Positions 36,134-45,228 of a DNA stretch of 64,000 nucleotides are shown piece by piece; positions within the stretch are counted from its first letter, which is position 1, and the number at the start of each line of letters is the position of its first letter. The translations under genes and the position numbers were made by a program. The stretch comes from Christensenella sp. UBA7588 (GTDB taxonomy: Bacteria; Bacillota; Clostridia; Christensenellales; CAG-917): assembly GCA_002478945.1 (NCBI GenBank), contig DLKM01000026.1, forward strand, positions 348 to 64,347, read 5' to 3'. Under the pieces are notes generated by a model. The model was not told the origin of the DNA, did not search any database, and worked only from the letters and a program-made list of their open reading frames with translations.

Positions 36134-37450
36134 ATGAAATACGAAAACGGCTATGTAGACAGTTTTGTCAAGCTCATTCAATGCCCCACCGTTACCGACA
36201 GCGGTCACGAGTACTTCGAGGCTTTTCACAAGGTTTTGGACGAGGAATTTCCTCACGTCAAAGCAACTTGCGAAAAAATCGAGATAGGCGGAGACGCTTT
36301 GCTTTATAAATGGAAAGGCAAATCAAGCGACAGACCGTTGGTGCTTATGGCGCATCAGGACGTCGTACCCGTCGTCGAAGCAGATTGGAAATACCCTCCT
36401 TTCGGCGGAACGGTTGTGGACGGCAAAGTGTACGGCAGAGGCGCAATGGACTGCAAAAACACGCTTTTTTCAACAATTCAAGCCGTTGACGAACTCATAG
36501 AAGAAGGCTTCGTTCCCGAACAGGACGTATATTTGAGTTACAGCGACAACGAGGAAACGTCGGGTCCGGGTGCGAGTATGTCGCGCGATTGGTTCAAGTC
36601 ACAAGGAATAACTCCGTTCCTCGTCGTTGACGAAGGCGGCGCGATTATACGAAAAGCGGCAAGCGTTATGAAAAAAGACGCTGCCGCAGTCGGAATCCTC
36701 GAAAAAGGTTATGCCGACGTCAAGTTCATTGCAAGAGGCAAAGGCGGACACAGCTCTCAACCTCCCAAAAAAACGCCTATCGCAAGACTTGCCGCATTCG
36801 TAAACTATTGCGAAAAACACACCATTTTCAAGCCGAAAGCGTCAAAAGCCGCAAAAGCTATGATTTACGGTATCGGAGACGCACTTTCCCCCGCGCTCAA
36901 ACTGTTCTGCAGAACCATAGGCTTCAACGGTTGGTGGATTGCTAAGATTGCTCCGAAGGTCAACGCCGCATACGGCGGAGGTCTGTTCACAACGACGATG
37001 GTATTCACGATGTCGCAAGGCTCCCCTGCCCCCAACGTCATTCCGCAAGAAGCGTCCGTTGTCGCAAACCTGCGTTTTGCACCTACGGATACAAGCGAAA
37101 AATGCTTTGCAATCCTCAAAAAACTTGCAAAGAAATACGACCTCGAAATGGAAGTTTTGCAATCGCGCGAAGCGTCGCCGATGATTGATATAAAGGGAGA
37201 GGGCTTCCAAATGTACAAAAAAGCTCTCAACGAAGTGTATCCCGACGTTGCGGTCGTACCCTTCCTCGTGTTCGGCGGTACGGACTGCCGCATACTTCAA
37301 CAAATATCCAAAAACGCAATTCGTTGCACGCCGTGCGCGCTCTCGTTCGAACAACTCGGCGGTATGCACGCGGCAAACGAAAACGTGGACGTGGACTCCA
37401 TTACCAAATGCGTAGGTTTCTTCAATAGATTTATCAAAAACTATAAATAA
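36134..37450 (+). CDS. M20/M25/M40 family metallopeptidase
   Basis: LVLMAHQDVVPV metal-ligand motif, ...DNEETSG... and a C-terminal FGGTDCR. Confidence 0.8.
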   Translation: MKYENGYVDSFVKLIQCPTVTDSGHEYFEAFHKVLDEEFPHVKATCEKIEIGGDALLYKWKGKSSDRPLVLMAHQDVVPVVEADWKYPPFGGTVVDGKVYGRGAMDCKNTLFSTIQAVDELIEEGFVPEQDVYLSYSDNEETSGPGASMSRDWFKSQGITPFLVVDEGGAIIRKAASVMKKDAAAVGILEKGYADVKFIARGKGGHSSQPPKKTPIARLAAFVNYCEKHTIFKPKASKAAKAMIYGIGDALSPALKLFCRTIGFNGWWIAKIAPKVNAAYGGGLFTTTMVFTMSQGSPAPNVIPQEASVVANLRFAPTDTSEKCFAILKKLAKKYDLEMEVLQSREASPMIDIKGEGFQMYKKALNEVYPDVAVVPFLVFGGTDCRILQQISKNAIRCTPCALSFEQLGGMHAANENVDVDSITKCVGFFNRFIKNYK

Positions 37451-37470
37451 AATATAAAGTATACAATATA

Positions 37471-37500
37471 AAAAGCACGTCGTCGGACGTGCTTTTATTT
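37471..37500. terminator. Bidirectional terminator between the M20 peptidase gene and smpB
   Basis: AGCACGTC-GTCG-GACGTGCT flanked by A-runs and T-runs. Confidence 0.8.
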
Positions 37501-37519
37501 TGCAAAATTACGGTAAATT

Positions 37520-37975
37520 TTATCGAGTGTTGTACTCTTTCATCACTCTGCGCAAATTGCGGTCGTTTTCCTTTTCCTTGATTGCCTGACGCTTGTCGTG
37601 CAACTCTTTGCCTTTGCAAAGACCGATTTCGACTTTTACCAATGCGTCTTTGAAATACACTTTGAGCGGAATTAGCGTATAGCCTTTCTGCTCCACTTTG
37701 CCTCTCAATTTGTTTATCTCCGAACGATTGAGCAAAAGTTTGCGAGTGCGACGAGGGTCGACGTTATAATAACTGCCCATCTTGTAAGGAGAAATGTGAG
37801 TACCGAGCATAAAGACTTCGCCGTTTTTGATTATGACGAAACTGTCTCGAAGATTGATTTGTCCGAGACGAACCGACTTTACCTCACACCCTACAAGCAC
37901 GATGCCTGCCTCGTAGGTGTCCTCGACGAAATAGTCGTGATATGCTTTTTTATTGGTTGCGATAAGTTTTTCCAT
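37520..37975 (-). CDS. smpB: SsrA-binding protein
   Basis: NKKAYHDYF...GIVL.G.EVKS.R...RTRKLLL...Y.LIPLK.YF family pattern. Confidence 0.95.
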   Translation of the reverse strand: MEKLIATNKKAYHDYFVEDTYEAGIVLVGCEVKSVRLGQINLRDSFVIIKNGEVFMLGTHISPYKMGSYYNVDPRRTRKLLLNRSEINKLRGKVEQKGYTLIPLKVYFKDALVKVEIGLCKGKELHDKRQAIKEKENDRNLRRVMKEYNTR

Positions 37976-38030
37976 ATAAACAGATTATATATTACAATTA
38001 TCCATTATTCAAGTGATAAATTTGTCGATA

Positions 38031-38060
38031 TAAAAATAAAACGGCTCATATACGAGCCGT
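38031..38060 (-). terminator. Intrinsic terminator after secG
   Basis: ACGGCTC-loop-GAGCCGT followed by a U-run on the minus strand. Confidence 0.7.
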
Positions 38061-38080
38061 TGCGATATTGTCTTTGAAAA

Positions 38081-38398
38081 TTAAAGATTTGTACCGACAA
38101 ACTTCCACATCACAAAGCAAATGATTGCACATACGAGTATGAAAGCAAAGAGACCGAAAGTTACTTTTTTGAGAATGCTTTCTCTGTTGCTCTTTTTGTT
38201 TTTGCCGTAAAAAGTATCGCTTGCGCCCGTGATAACGCCCACGTTGTCGTTGGTGCCTTTTTGCATCATAATGACCACGATAATCGCAATAGACGCGATT
38301 GCCATCAATATAACGAATGCCATCAACACTTGTTGTGCTGTCTCATACTTAATGCCTTGTTCTGCGGCAAGAAGAATCGAATTCAAAGAATCTAGCAT
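38081..38398 (-). CDS. secG: Preprotein translocase subunit SecG
   Basis: Two TM helices with MMQKG..D...G in the loop. Start trimmed to MLDSLNS, preceded by AGGAGG. Confidence 0.75.
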   Translation of the reverse strand: MLDSLNSILLAAEQGIKYETAQQVLMAFVILMAIASIAIIVVIMMQKGTNDNVGVITGASDTFYGKNKKSNRESILKKVTFGLFAFILVCAIICFVMWKFVGTNL

Positions 38399-38563
38399 AC
38401 TATACCTCCTAAAGTTACTATGAGATTTTAGCATAAGCGATAACAATTTGCAAGCAGTTTTACAAATATATTGTGTTTTTTACTTATTTTTGGCACTAAC
38501 GGGGCAAATGCGACGTAACAAAACTCCGTTTGCGCTCATATAGTATCAAAAAAGGAGGACGAT

Positions 38564-39061
38564 ATGGACATTTCAAAGTATGCAAGCGACTTGCCTTACC
38601 CCAAAATAGAAGTGACGCAAAACGTTGCCGAATCCAAGCTGTTGATGCCCGTTTATTCAGGTTCGGCAAGCGAACTGACGGCAATAATGACCTATAGTTT
38701 TCAAAGTTACGTTTCCCCGAAATACCCCGAAATCGTCGACGCTTTGGAAGGCATTGCGATGACGGAAATGCGACATCACGAATTGTTGGGAGAAACTATA
38801 TACGCACTCGGCGGATACCCCGTTATGGGCGCGCGGACTTACTGGAACGGCAGTTACGTCAACTATACCCTTGACCCCCGAAAATATCTTAGGCAAAACA
38901 TCATTGCCGAGGAAACCGCAATAATCAATTACGAGCGAACGATTCTCAACCTGTCGACCGACAGCGTAAAGACGTTGCTCGAGCGCATAATCCTCGACGA
39001 AGAACTGCATATCGAAATATTCAAAGAGTTGTTGCGAACGCAATTCGGCGAAAGCGAATAA
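38564..39061 (+). CDS. Ferritin-like di-metal protein (CotJC/Mn-catalase-related)
   Basis: SELTAIMTYSFQSY, TEMRHHELL, AEETAIINYERTI and DEELHIEIF form four-helix-bundle E/H ligand motifs. Confidence 0.6.
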   Translation: MDISKYASDLPYPKIEVTQNVAESKLLMPVYSGSASELTAIMTYSFQSYVSPKYPEIVDALEGIAMTEMRHHELLGETIYALGGYPVMGARTYWNGSYVNYTLDPRKYLRQNIIAEETAIINYERTILNLSTDSVKTLLERIILDEELHIEIFKELLRTQFGESE

Positions 39062-39094
39062 TCTTCGTTTTTGCCGACAACGGGGCTTTATTGA

Positions 39095-39128
39095 CAAAAA
39101 ACAGGCTTATAAAACGCCTGTTTTTGTA
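39095..39128. terminator. Bidirectional terminator
   Basis: AAAAAACAGGC-loop-GCCTGTTTTTG. Confidence 0.8.
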
Positions 39129-39180
39129 TTATCGAATGTTGTTTTTCACGTTAGTTACGCCAACTTCGTTATGAGTGAGT

Positions 39181-39663
39181 TTATTTGCGGACGTAGCCGT
39201 TCAAAGTCTTTTTCGCACTCGTCACTTCCGCAAACAATTTGCCGAGAATACCGTTGAACAAGGCGTAAGTGCTTTCGTAAACTTCCTCGCTCATACCGTA
39301 CGGGTCGGCAATCGGTTGTCCGCAAAATGCGGAAAGCGACTTGACTTTTTTCTTTCCACCGAGTTTATTTGCGACGTAATCTGCTTGCTCGTCGTTCATC
39401 GTATAAATCAAATCTGCGGATTTGACGGCGTTTTTATCGCAAGTTTTTGCAACTCTGTCGATAAAATACGGAACGCCGTGTTTTTCGAGAACGAGCGCGC
39501 ACATAGGATTGAGAGTGTCAATCTTCGAGGAGGACGTATCGATTAGTCCTGCGCTGTCGACCTCTATATCTTTTCTGTCGCGCGCGAAAGCGTATGCTCT
39601 GAACATCTGCTCGAGCATCGGCGAACGACAGGTGTTTGCCGAACAGACAAACAAAACTTTCAT
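39181..39663 (-). CDS. Low-molecular-weight protein-tyrosine/arginine phosphatase
   Basis: MKVLFVCSANTCRSP (CX5R P-loop). ATGA overlap with the upstream gene. Only the last 160 codons of the listed 318-aa ORF are used. Confidence 0.85.
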   Translation of the reverse strand: MKVLFVCSANTCRSPMLEQMFRAYAFARDRKDIEVDSAGLIDTSSSKIDTLNPMCALVLEKHGVPYFIDRVAKTCDKNAVKSADLIYTMNDEQADYVANKLGGKKKVKSLSAFCGQPIADPYGMSEEVYESTYALFNGILGKLFAEVTSAKKTLNGYVRK

Positions 39664-40640
39664 ACTTCCTTGCCCCCTGCCGCTTTCGTTACGCGGTTCA
39701 TAACGGACGCTTCGAGACCGTCTCCGTTGAGTTCCTCGACGATTATGTAATCGTATTCTTTTTCGGCGGTATGCAAAGCCGAATAAATATTTCTCGTATA
39801 ATCTTCCACCGTTACGCCCAACGAAATGAGACTGCGCTCTTTTACTACGTCGCGATAAATATCTCTTGCGACTATAACGGGACGCTTGCCAAGCCCTACT
39901 TGCTTGTCGTACTCGCTCACGGCGTGCTGAATATTGAGTGCGGTTACGGTGTCGACTTTCGGAGCGTAATGGGTGTATTTCATACCCGGAGCTTTTGCGA
40001 TTTTTATAACTTTTCCGTTTTGACTGACTGCGCCGACAATATCGAGCAACATATCCGCCGTAACGGCACCCGGACGCAGAATCGTGGGAACGTCTACCGT
40101 CAAATCGAGTACTGTCGATTCGATTCCGACCTCGCACGGTCCGTCGTCCAAAATCAATTCCACCTCTCCGTTCAAATCCTCAAAAACGTGTTGCGCGGTT
40201 GTGGGAGATATATGCTTGGAGCGGTTTGCGCTCGGAGCGGCAAGCGGAAAACTTTTTGCTATAAGTTCTCTCGTATACGGATTTTTCGGCATACGGATAC
40301 CTACGGTCTCCCCTCCTGCCGTGACAACGTAAGGCACTTTGTCGCTTTTTTTGAGTATAACCGTAAGCGGTCCGGGCATAAACTTTTGCGCAAGTTTATA
40401 AAACGCGTCGGGAATATCCACGGCAAGCTCCTTTACCTGTTCGAGCGAAGAAATATGCACGATAAGCGGATTGTCCTGCGGTCTGCCTTTCGCTTTGAAA
40501 ATCTTTTCAACCGCTTTTTCGTCGAAAGCGTTTGCACCGAGTCCGTACACGGTTTCCGTCGGAAACACGACGAGACCGCCTTCTCGCAATATGCGCGCGC
40601 CCTCGTCTATTCCGTCTTTTGCGTCAACAATTCTCGTCAT
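39660..40640 (-). CDS. tsaC: L-threonylcarbamoyladenylate synthase (Sua5/YwlC long form)
   Basis: VVFPTETVYGLGANAF, KGRPQDNPLIVH, and a C-terminal Sua5 domain. Confidence 0.9.
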   Translation of the reverse strand: MTRIVDAKDGIDEGARILREGGLVVFPTETVYGLGANAFDEKAVEKIFKAKGRPQDNPLIVHISSLEQVKELAVDIPDAFYKLAQKFMPGPLTVILKKSDKVPYVVTAGGETVGIRMPKNPYTRELIAKSFPLAAPSANRSKHISPTTAQHVFEDLNGEVELILDDGPCEVGIESTVLDLTVDVPTILRPGAVTADMLLDIVGAVSQNGKVIKIAKAPGMKYTHYAPKVDTVTALNIQHAVSEYDKQVGLGKRPVIVARDIYRDVVKERSLISLGVTVEDYTRNIYSALHTAEKEYDYIIVEELNGDGLEASVMNRVTKAAGGKEV

Positions 40641-40648
40641 AATTTGCC

Positions 40649-42535
40649 TTATATCAATCTGTATACCGTATACGATACCGACGTGCCGACCGTAACCTTA
40701 TCGAATACGAATACGTTTTGCGGAGATTTCGAGGAAGAATACAACACGCTTCCCGACTGCATCGTTGCCGGCATAACGACGTTTTTGTTTACGTTCGGAT
40801 TGAAATTCTTTATGCCGAACAAATTGATTTCTTTGCCGTCTGCGTCTTTCGATTTTACGAAATACATATAGCATCCGATTTTGTAAATCGGCACACCGCT
40901 CGAATCGGACTTGGTGTACGCCATATCCGCAAGCGGTACGGAGCCGTCGCTCATTTCGGTTACGACTTTGCCGTCTGCGCCGAGAATCACTCTTTCTTTC
41001 TTTCTCGATTCGGCTTGGTATCTCTCGCCTATCGTATACGCGCCTCTGAATGCGGAAATCGAGGTGTATTCAAACGGAATAAGCAAATCGCCGTACACGT
41101 TGTATGCGCCGAACAAATAACTGTCCTCGTCGTCGGGGTCGGTTGCGGCGGCAATAATAACGTTGTTGGTAAGCTCTTGTTGAGCGATACCCGTTCTTTC
41201 GTTATGGCCTACTTTGTTGCCGTCCTTGTCGTATACGTTTACCTCGCTCGGTTGAACTGGATTGTAATAGTATCCGTCCACGCATTGCATAACGAGGTCG
41301 AAATATCCGACTTTCTCTTTTTTCTGCTCTTTTATGGTAACGCCGTAATTGCCCGAAAGCGACATCACGACGTTGAGATTTTCGTCGAGAATATACTGGT
41401 CGTAAGTGCCGAGCTTGCCGATAATCGACAAACCGTAACTTGCGTAGGTAAAGCCGTCTTTGAGATACGTGCGAGTGTCTATACCGCCCTTATCTCCGCC
41501 GTAATAGGCGTTTTCGAGATAGAGGAACACTTTGTCCGCATTATCCGTATATTGCTTGCTTGCGTCGTTATCGGGCGTGTAGATACGGCGTTGGAAAACG
41601 TAGTAATCGAATCCGTCGTAATAGGAATACTCGTCGGTAGATTCCACCGTCCAATCTTCGTGGATAAAGAATTTGCCGTTGCCGATATACGTGATTTCGC
41701 TGTAATAATCGTCTTTGCCGTTATCCTCGACGAGGCCGTTGGTCGTAGGATTGAGGTTTTTGACTTCGGAGGGATTTTGCGGAATCGCAAACATATAACT
41801 ACCGTCGGTATCCGTCACGCTGACGTATTTACCGTCAAAACCCCTGACGTTTGCGAGTTTTGCGCTCTTATTCTTTACTCTGCACGCAAGAACGCCTCTG
41901 TCCTCTGCCTTACCGTCGGTCGTCGGACGATAAATTGCGGTATATCCCGTGTTGGGGCTGACGTCGTATTGCGAAGCGACCGCAACGAGACCGCCGTCCA
42001 AAATCTTTATGACGTCGTCGATGTTCGCGCTCGAAGCGTTTGCGACGTATTTACGAGACATAACGGTGTTGCCCTTGGAGTTGAAAACGCCTGCTTTTCC
42101 GTTTGCGAACTTACAGGCAATAAGCCCGTCTTTCACTCTCAAAGCGGTAATTCCTTGGTCGAACGGAATAAGTTGTCCTTTCATTCCGCCCGTGAAGTGA
42201 ACTTGCTCGTCTCCGCATTTAATCAAGGACAAAAAGCCGTCTTTTACAATGACGAAAGCGTCGAGGCTCTCTATGTAGCCGACGTCGCTTTTAACGTCTA
42301 CGGCTTGATAAGACGTGCCTGACGAGACGTAAACGCTGCAACCTTCGTCAAGCGTAAACTCGTGTTTGAACGAACTGAATTCGCCCTCGCTCGTCTTGCT
42401 CTTGTAGATGTCGGCAACGGTTTTGGGTTCCTCCTTCTTTTTGTTGCAAGCGACCAGCGCAAAACAACACGAGACGATTAAAGCGACCGCCATAGCCAAC
42501 GCAATAAACTTTGCAAAAACTCTTTTGTTTGTCAT
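40649..42535 (-). CDS. Putative lipoprotein with repeated beta-rich units, unknown function
   Basis: Signal peptide with lipobox (CCFALVAC). 628 aa with no catalytic motif recognised. Confidence 0.55.
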   Translation of the reverse strand: MTNKRVFAKFIALAMAVALIVSCCFALVACNKKKEEPKTVADIYKSKTSEGEFSSFKHEFTLDEGCSVYVSSGTSYQAVDVKSDVGYIESLDAFVIVKDGFLSLIKCGDEQVHFTGGMKGQLIPFDQGITALRVKDGLIACKFANGKAGVFNSKGNTVMSRKYVANASSANIDDVIKILDGGLVAVASQYDVSPNTGYTAIYRPTTDGKAEDRGVLACRVKNKSAKLANVRGFDGKYVSVTDTDGSYMFAIPQNPSEVKNLNPTTNGLVEDNGKDDYYSEITYIGNGKFFIHEDWTVESTDEYSYYDGFDYYVFQRRIYTPDNDASKQYTDNADKVFLYLENAYYGGDKGGIDTRTYLKDGFTYASYGLSIIGKLGTYDQYILDENLNVVMSLSGNYGVTIKEQKKEKVGYFDLVMQCVDGYYYNPVQPSEVNVYDKDGNKVGHNERTGIAQQELTNNVIIAAATDPDDEDSYLFGAYNVYGDLLIPFEYTSISAFRGAYTIGERYQAESRKKERVILGADGKVVTEMSDGSVPLADMAYTKSDSSGVPIYKIGCYMYFVKSKDADGKEINLFGIKNFNPNVNKNVVMPATMQSGSVLYSSSKSPQNVFVFDKVTVGTSVSYTVYRLI

Positions 42536-43239
42536 ATTTGCTCCGTAAAGTAGTGAGTGCCTATGCGCACCCCCGACGTAATATATACAAATTCGGAGAG
42601 CAAAAGATTGGCTTTCACTCTCAAAGCGTGAGGAATCTGTCTATTCTCTCCGCTCAAATATTTTCTCGTTGTTTCGTCGATAGGAATATACCCGTCAAGC
42701 CCTTTGCAATGCTCGCAAACCACACCGTCCGAATCTTTGAAGTACGCCGTGCCTTCGAGATTGCACTTACACAGATTGCAATGCGCAAAATCAAGCTCGT
42801 TTCCGCATATTTTCAGCGTTTCGAGAAGGAAATCGGTCACGATTTCGTCCGTTTCCGTATCGGTATACGCAAGATTATTGAGCGTTTTGAGCGCGCATAC
42901 GAACAGGTCGGGTTGAGGCTCTATCGACAGTTTTTGAAGCACCTCAAGCACCAAAGACGCCGCATAATAGCGGTCGATGTCCGCGGTAATGTTTGAAAAA
43001 GATTCGATTTGAGAACATTCCGTGATAACGTAACGTCCGCCTCTGCCCGAGAGAACGTAATCTCCGAAATTCATAGGCTCTGCGCTGTAACGGAGTTTTG
43101 CCTTGGGCTTGAGGCAACCTTTTGCGGTCGCGGTAATTTTTCCGCATTCAACGCCGACAAGAGTGACAATCATATCACTCTCATTGTAAGGCACCGCTCT
43201 CGTTGCGATTGCTTTAATTTTCAGGTCGGCTGTTTGCAT
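42532..43239 (-). CDS. recO: DNA repair protein RecO
   Basis: OB-fold N-terminus (VPYNESDMIVTL...) and a zinc motif CNLCKC...CEHC. Confidence 0.85.
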   Translation of the reverse strand: MQTADLKIKAIATRAVPYNESDMIVTLVGVECGKITATAKGCLKPKAKLRYSAEPMNFGDYVLSGRGGRYVITECSQIESFSNITADIDRYYAASLVLEVLQKLSIEPQPDLFVCALKTLNNLAYTDTETDEIVTDFLLETLKICGNELDFAHCNLCKCNLEGTAYFKDSDGVVCEHCKGLDGYIPIDETTRKYLSGENRQIPHALRVKANLLLSEFVYITSGVRIGTHYFTEQI

Positions 43240-43356
43240 TTAATCGCTTTTTCGTCGCGACCGATTCTCCTTGTTCTCTTTCAACGCGCGGTACATCTTG
43301 TACCAATCCACGTCTCCGGTTTTTGCAAACATATTCCACAACTCGTATTCGTTCAC
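43240..43356 (-). CDS. yqzL: YqzL-like small protein (38 aa from GTG; start uncertain); not in the ORF track
   Basis: My own translation reads VNEYELWNMFAKTGDVDWYKMYRALKENKENRSRRKSD. It occupies the conserved era-yqzL-recO position. Its stop TAA directly abuts the recO ATG. Confidence 0.55.
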   Translation of the reverse strand: MNEYELWNMFAKTGDVDWYKMYRALKENKENRSRRKSD

Positions 43357-43404
43357 GATTGTAGAATGTGCAGAATCGGACGGATTATTCTTATCTTTTC
43401 GAAT

Positions 43405-44316
43405 TTAGTCTTTTTTCAGGGATTTGAGGTCGTATCCCAGTTCTTTCATAATGTAGTCGTTGTCGCGCCACTCGTCTTTCACTCTGACGTACAGAGTCAA
43501 AAACACTTGCATTCCTATCATTTGCTCGAGGTCTTTTCTTGCTTTCGTGGCAATTTGTTTGAGCATCTCTCCGCCCTTGCCGATAACGATTGCTTTGTGC
43601 GATTGCTTTTCGCAGATTATGTCGGCGTCAATGTCGACTATGGGTTGTCCTTCTCTTTCCTCAAACTTGTTGATGTAAACGCCGATGCCGTAAGGCACTT
43701 CTTTGTCGAGAAGATAAAGAGCCTTTTCTCTTATAATCTCCGACGCCATAAAACGCATACTGCTTTCGGTGTACATATCCTCGGGATACATCGGCACGCC
43801 CTCGGGCAACAAATCGACGAGTTCTTTTTTGAGAGGTTCGAGATTGTCCCCTTTCTTTGCGGAAATCGGCACGATTGCTTTGAGCGATTCGATGCCGTTG
43901 AGTTTTTGCAATGTCGCAAACATCGTCTCTCTCGTCACGCAATCTTCTTTGTTGAGCGCAACCACAACAGGCACTTTCTTTGCGTTTTTCTCCAAAAACT
44001 CGTAATCTTCTTTCTGCATACCTCTCGACGCGTCGATAACGTACACGACGCCGTCCACGTCTTTCATAGAATTATCAACCGCTTGCATCATATACTCTCC
44101 GAGATGATTGCGCACTTTGTGGATACCAGGAGTATCGATAAGCACCATTTGATAATCGTCTCCGTTTACAATGCCGAGCAATTTATTTCTGGTGGTCTGC
44201 GGTCTCCACGATACGATTGACACTTTCTCTCCCACGAGAGCGTTGGTAAGCGTAGACTTGCCTGCGTTTGCAAGTCCTGCGATACAAATAAATCCGCTTT
44301 TGAAATTTTCGTACAT
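43405..44316 (-). CDS. era: GTPase Era
   Basis: G1 GLANAGKST, G3 DTPG, G4 NKED, and a C-terminal KH domain. Start trimmed to MYENFKSGF, preceded by GAAAGG. Confidence 0.95.
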   Translation of the reverse strand: MYENFKSGFICIAGLANAGKSTLTNALVGEKVSIVSWRPQTTRNKLLGIVNGDDYQMVLIDTPGIHKVRNHLGEYMMQAVDNSMKDVDGVVYVIDASRGMQKEDYEFLEKNAKKVPVVVALNKEDCVTRETMFATLQKLNGIESLKAIVPISAKKGDNLEPLKKELVDLLPEGVPMYPEDMYTESSMRFMASEIIREKALYLLDKEVPYGIGVYINKFEEREGQPIVDIDADIICEKQSHKAIVIGKGGEMLKQIATKARKDLEQMIGMQVFLTLYVRVKDEWRDNDYIMKELGYDLKSLKKD

Positions 44317-44387
44317 ATATTTACCTTTCGTGTTAGTTTTATATAGCTTTACGCAACTTTGATTGAGTTGCAATAACTTTTAGCATA

Positions 44388-44730
44388 AATACAACTTTCC
44401 CCCTTCCTCAGGTGTTTCCCCTATTCCGTTCCCCCTCTGCGCAATGCTTGAGGGAACCCACGGAACCGCTCCGCGGGGGGACACACTCGGTCTTCGCATA
44501 AATAGGGACTTTCGTCTTATTATGTCACGCGCTTTGTGCGCCGCTACGCAACGGAATGGCGCAGTGCTTGTACTAATTCGTCAAGCTCGACACTCGATTT
44601 GCTCGCCGCCTTGCGGCTCGAATTCCGTCTCCGAATAAGGTTTATTTTATCAACCTCAATGCCGCCTTGCGGCTCGAAATTCCGTCTCCGAATAAGAATA
44701 CTAGGTGTGGGCAACGCCCACCCTCAATTA
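44388..44730 (+). repeat. Dispersed structured intergenic element, copy C (fills the whole ybeY-era spacer)
   Basis: Near-identical to copy E over about 240 nt. The GCCGCCTTGCGGCTCGAA(A)TTCCGTCTCCGAATAAG block is duplicated. Ends with a terminal GTGGGC-AAC-GCCCAC hairpin. Confidence 0.9.
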
Positions 44731-45207
44731 TTATTTCTCGTTTCTTTTTAGGTTTACCATAGCCATAATCGCTTTTTGATGAGCAATCATAACTTTTTCG
44801 TCGGCAGGTTCGATATGGTCAAATCCGAGAATGTGCAAAAAGCCGTGACACGCCAAAAAGCCCAACTCTCTCGCATAAGAGTGTCCGTATTCTTCGGCTT
44901 GTTGCATCGCTCTTTGACGACAAATCATTATCGAGCCGAGCATAACTTTTTTTCCGTCGAAATCGCAAGCGGAAAAATCTTGCGGATATACGGGCAAATC
45001 GAGCGGAGCAAAACACGGAAAACTCAATACGTCCGTCACTTTGTCCACGCCTCTTGCTTCTCTGTTGAGGTCTCTTATGGTTTCTTCGTCGACGATAGTG
45101 ATGTCCGTCACGAAGAAATCTCGTTGTTTCAGATGTCTGAAACACGCTTTTTCCACTCTTTTTATCAGCATTTTTTCGCTGAATTTTGCACCCGAAATTC
45201 TAATCAT
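44731..45207 (-). CDS. ybeY: rRNA maturation endoribonuclease YbeY
   Basis: HGFLHILGFDH metal motif. Confidence 0.95.
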   Translation of the reverse strand: MIRISGAKFSEKMLIKRVEKACFRHLKQRDFFVTDITIVDEETIRDLNREARGVDKVTDVLSFPCFAPLDLPVYPQDFSACDFDGKKVMLGSIMICRQRAMQQAEEYGHSYARELGFLACHGFLHILGFDHIEPADEKVMIAHQKAIMAMVNLKRNEK

Positions 45208-45228
45208 AATCTTTTGCGGAGTTTCGTT

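Noticed and set aside
37451-38080. A search for tmRNA (ssrA) next to smpB.
   Set aside because: The flanking non-coding stretches are only about 70-105 nt and contain terminators. No tRNA-like acceptor/T-arm end and no tag reading frame were found.
39664-40137. The N-terminal 158 codons of the listed 318-aa ORF 39181-40137.
   Set aside because: It is an Arg-rich out-of-frame overlap of the Sua5/TsaC gene. The phosphatase clearly begins at MKVLFVCSANTCRSP, with an ATGA overlap.
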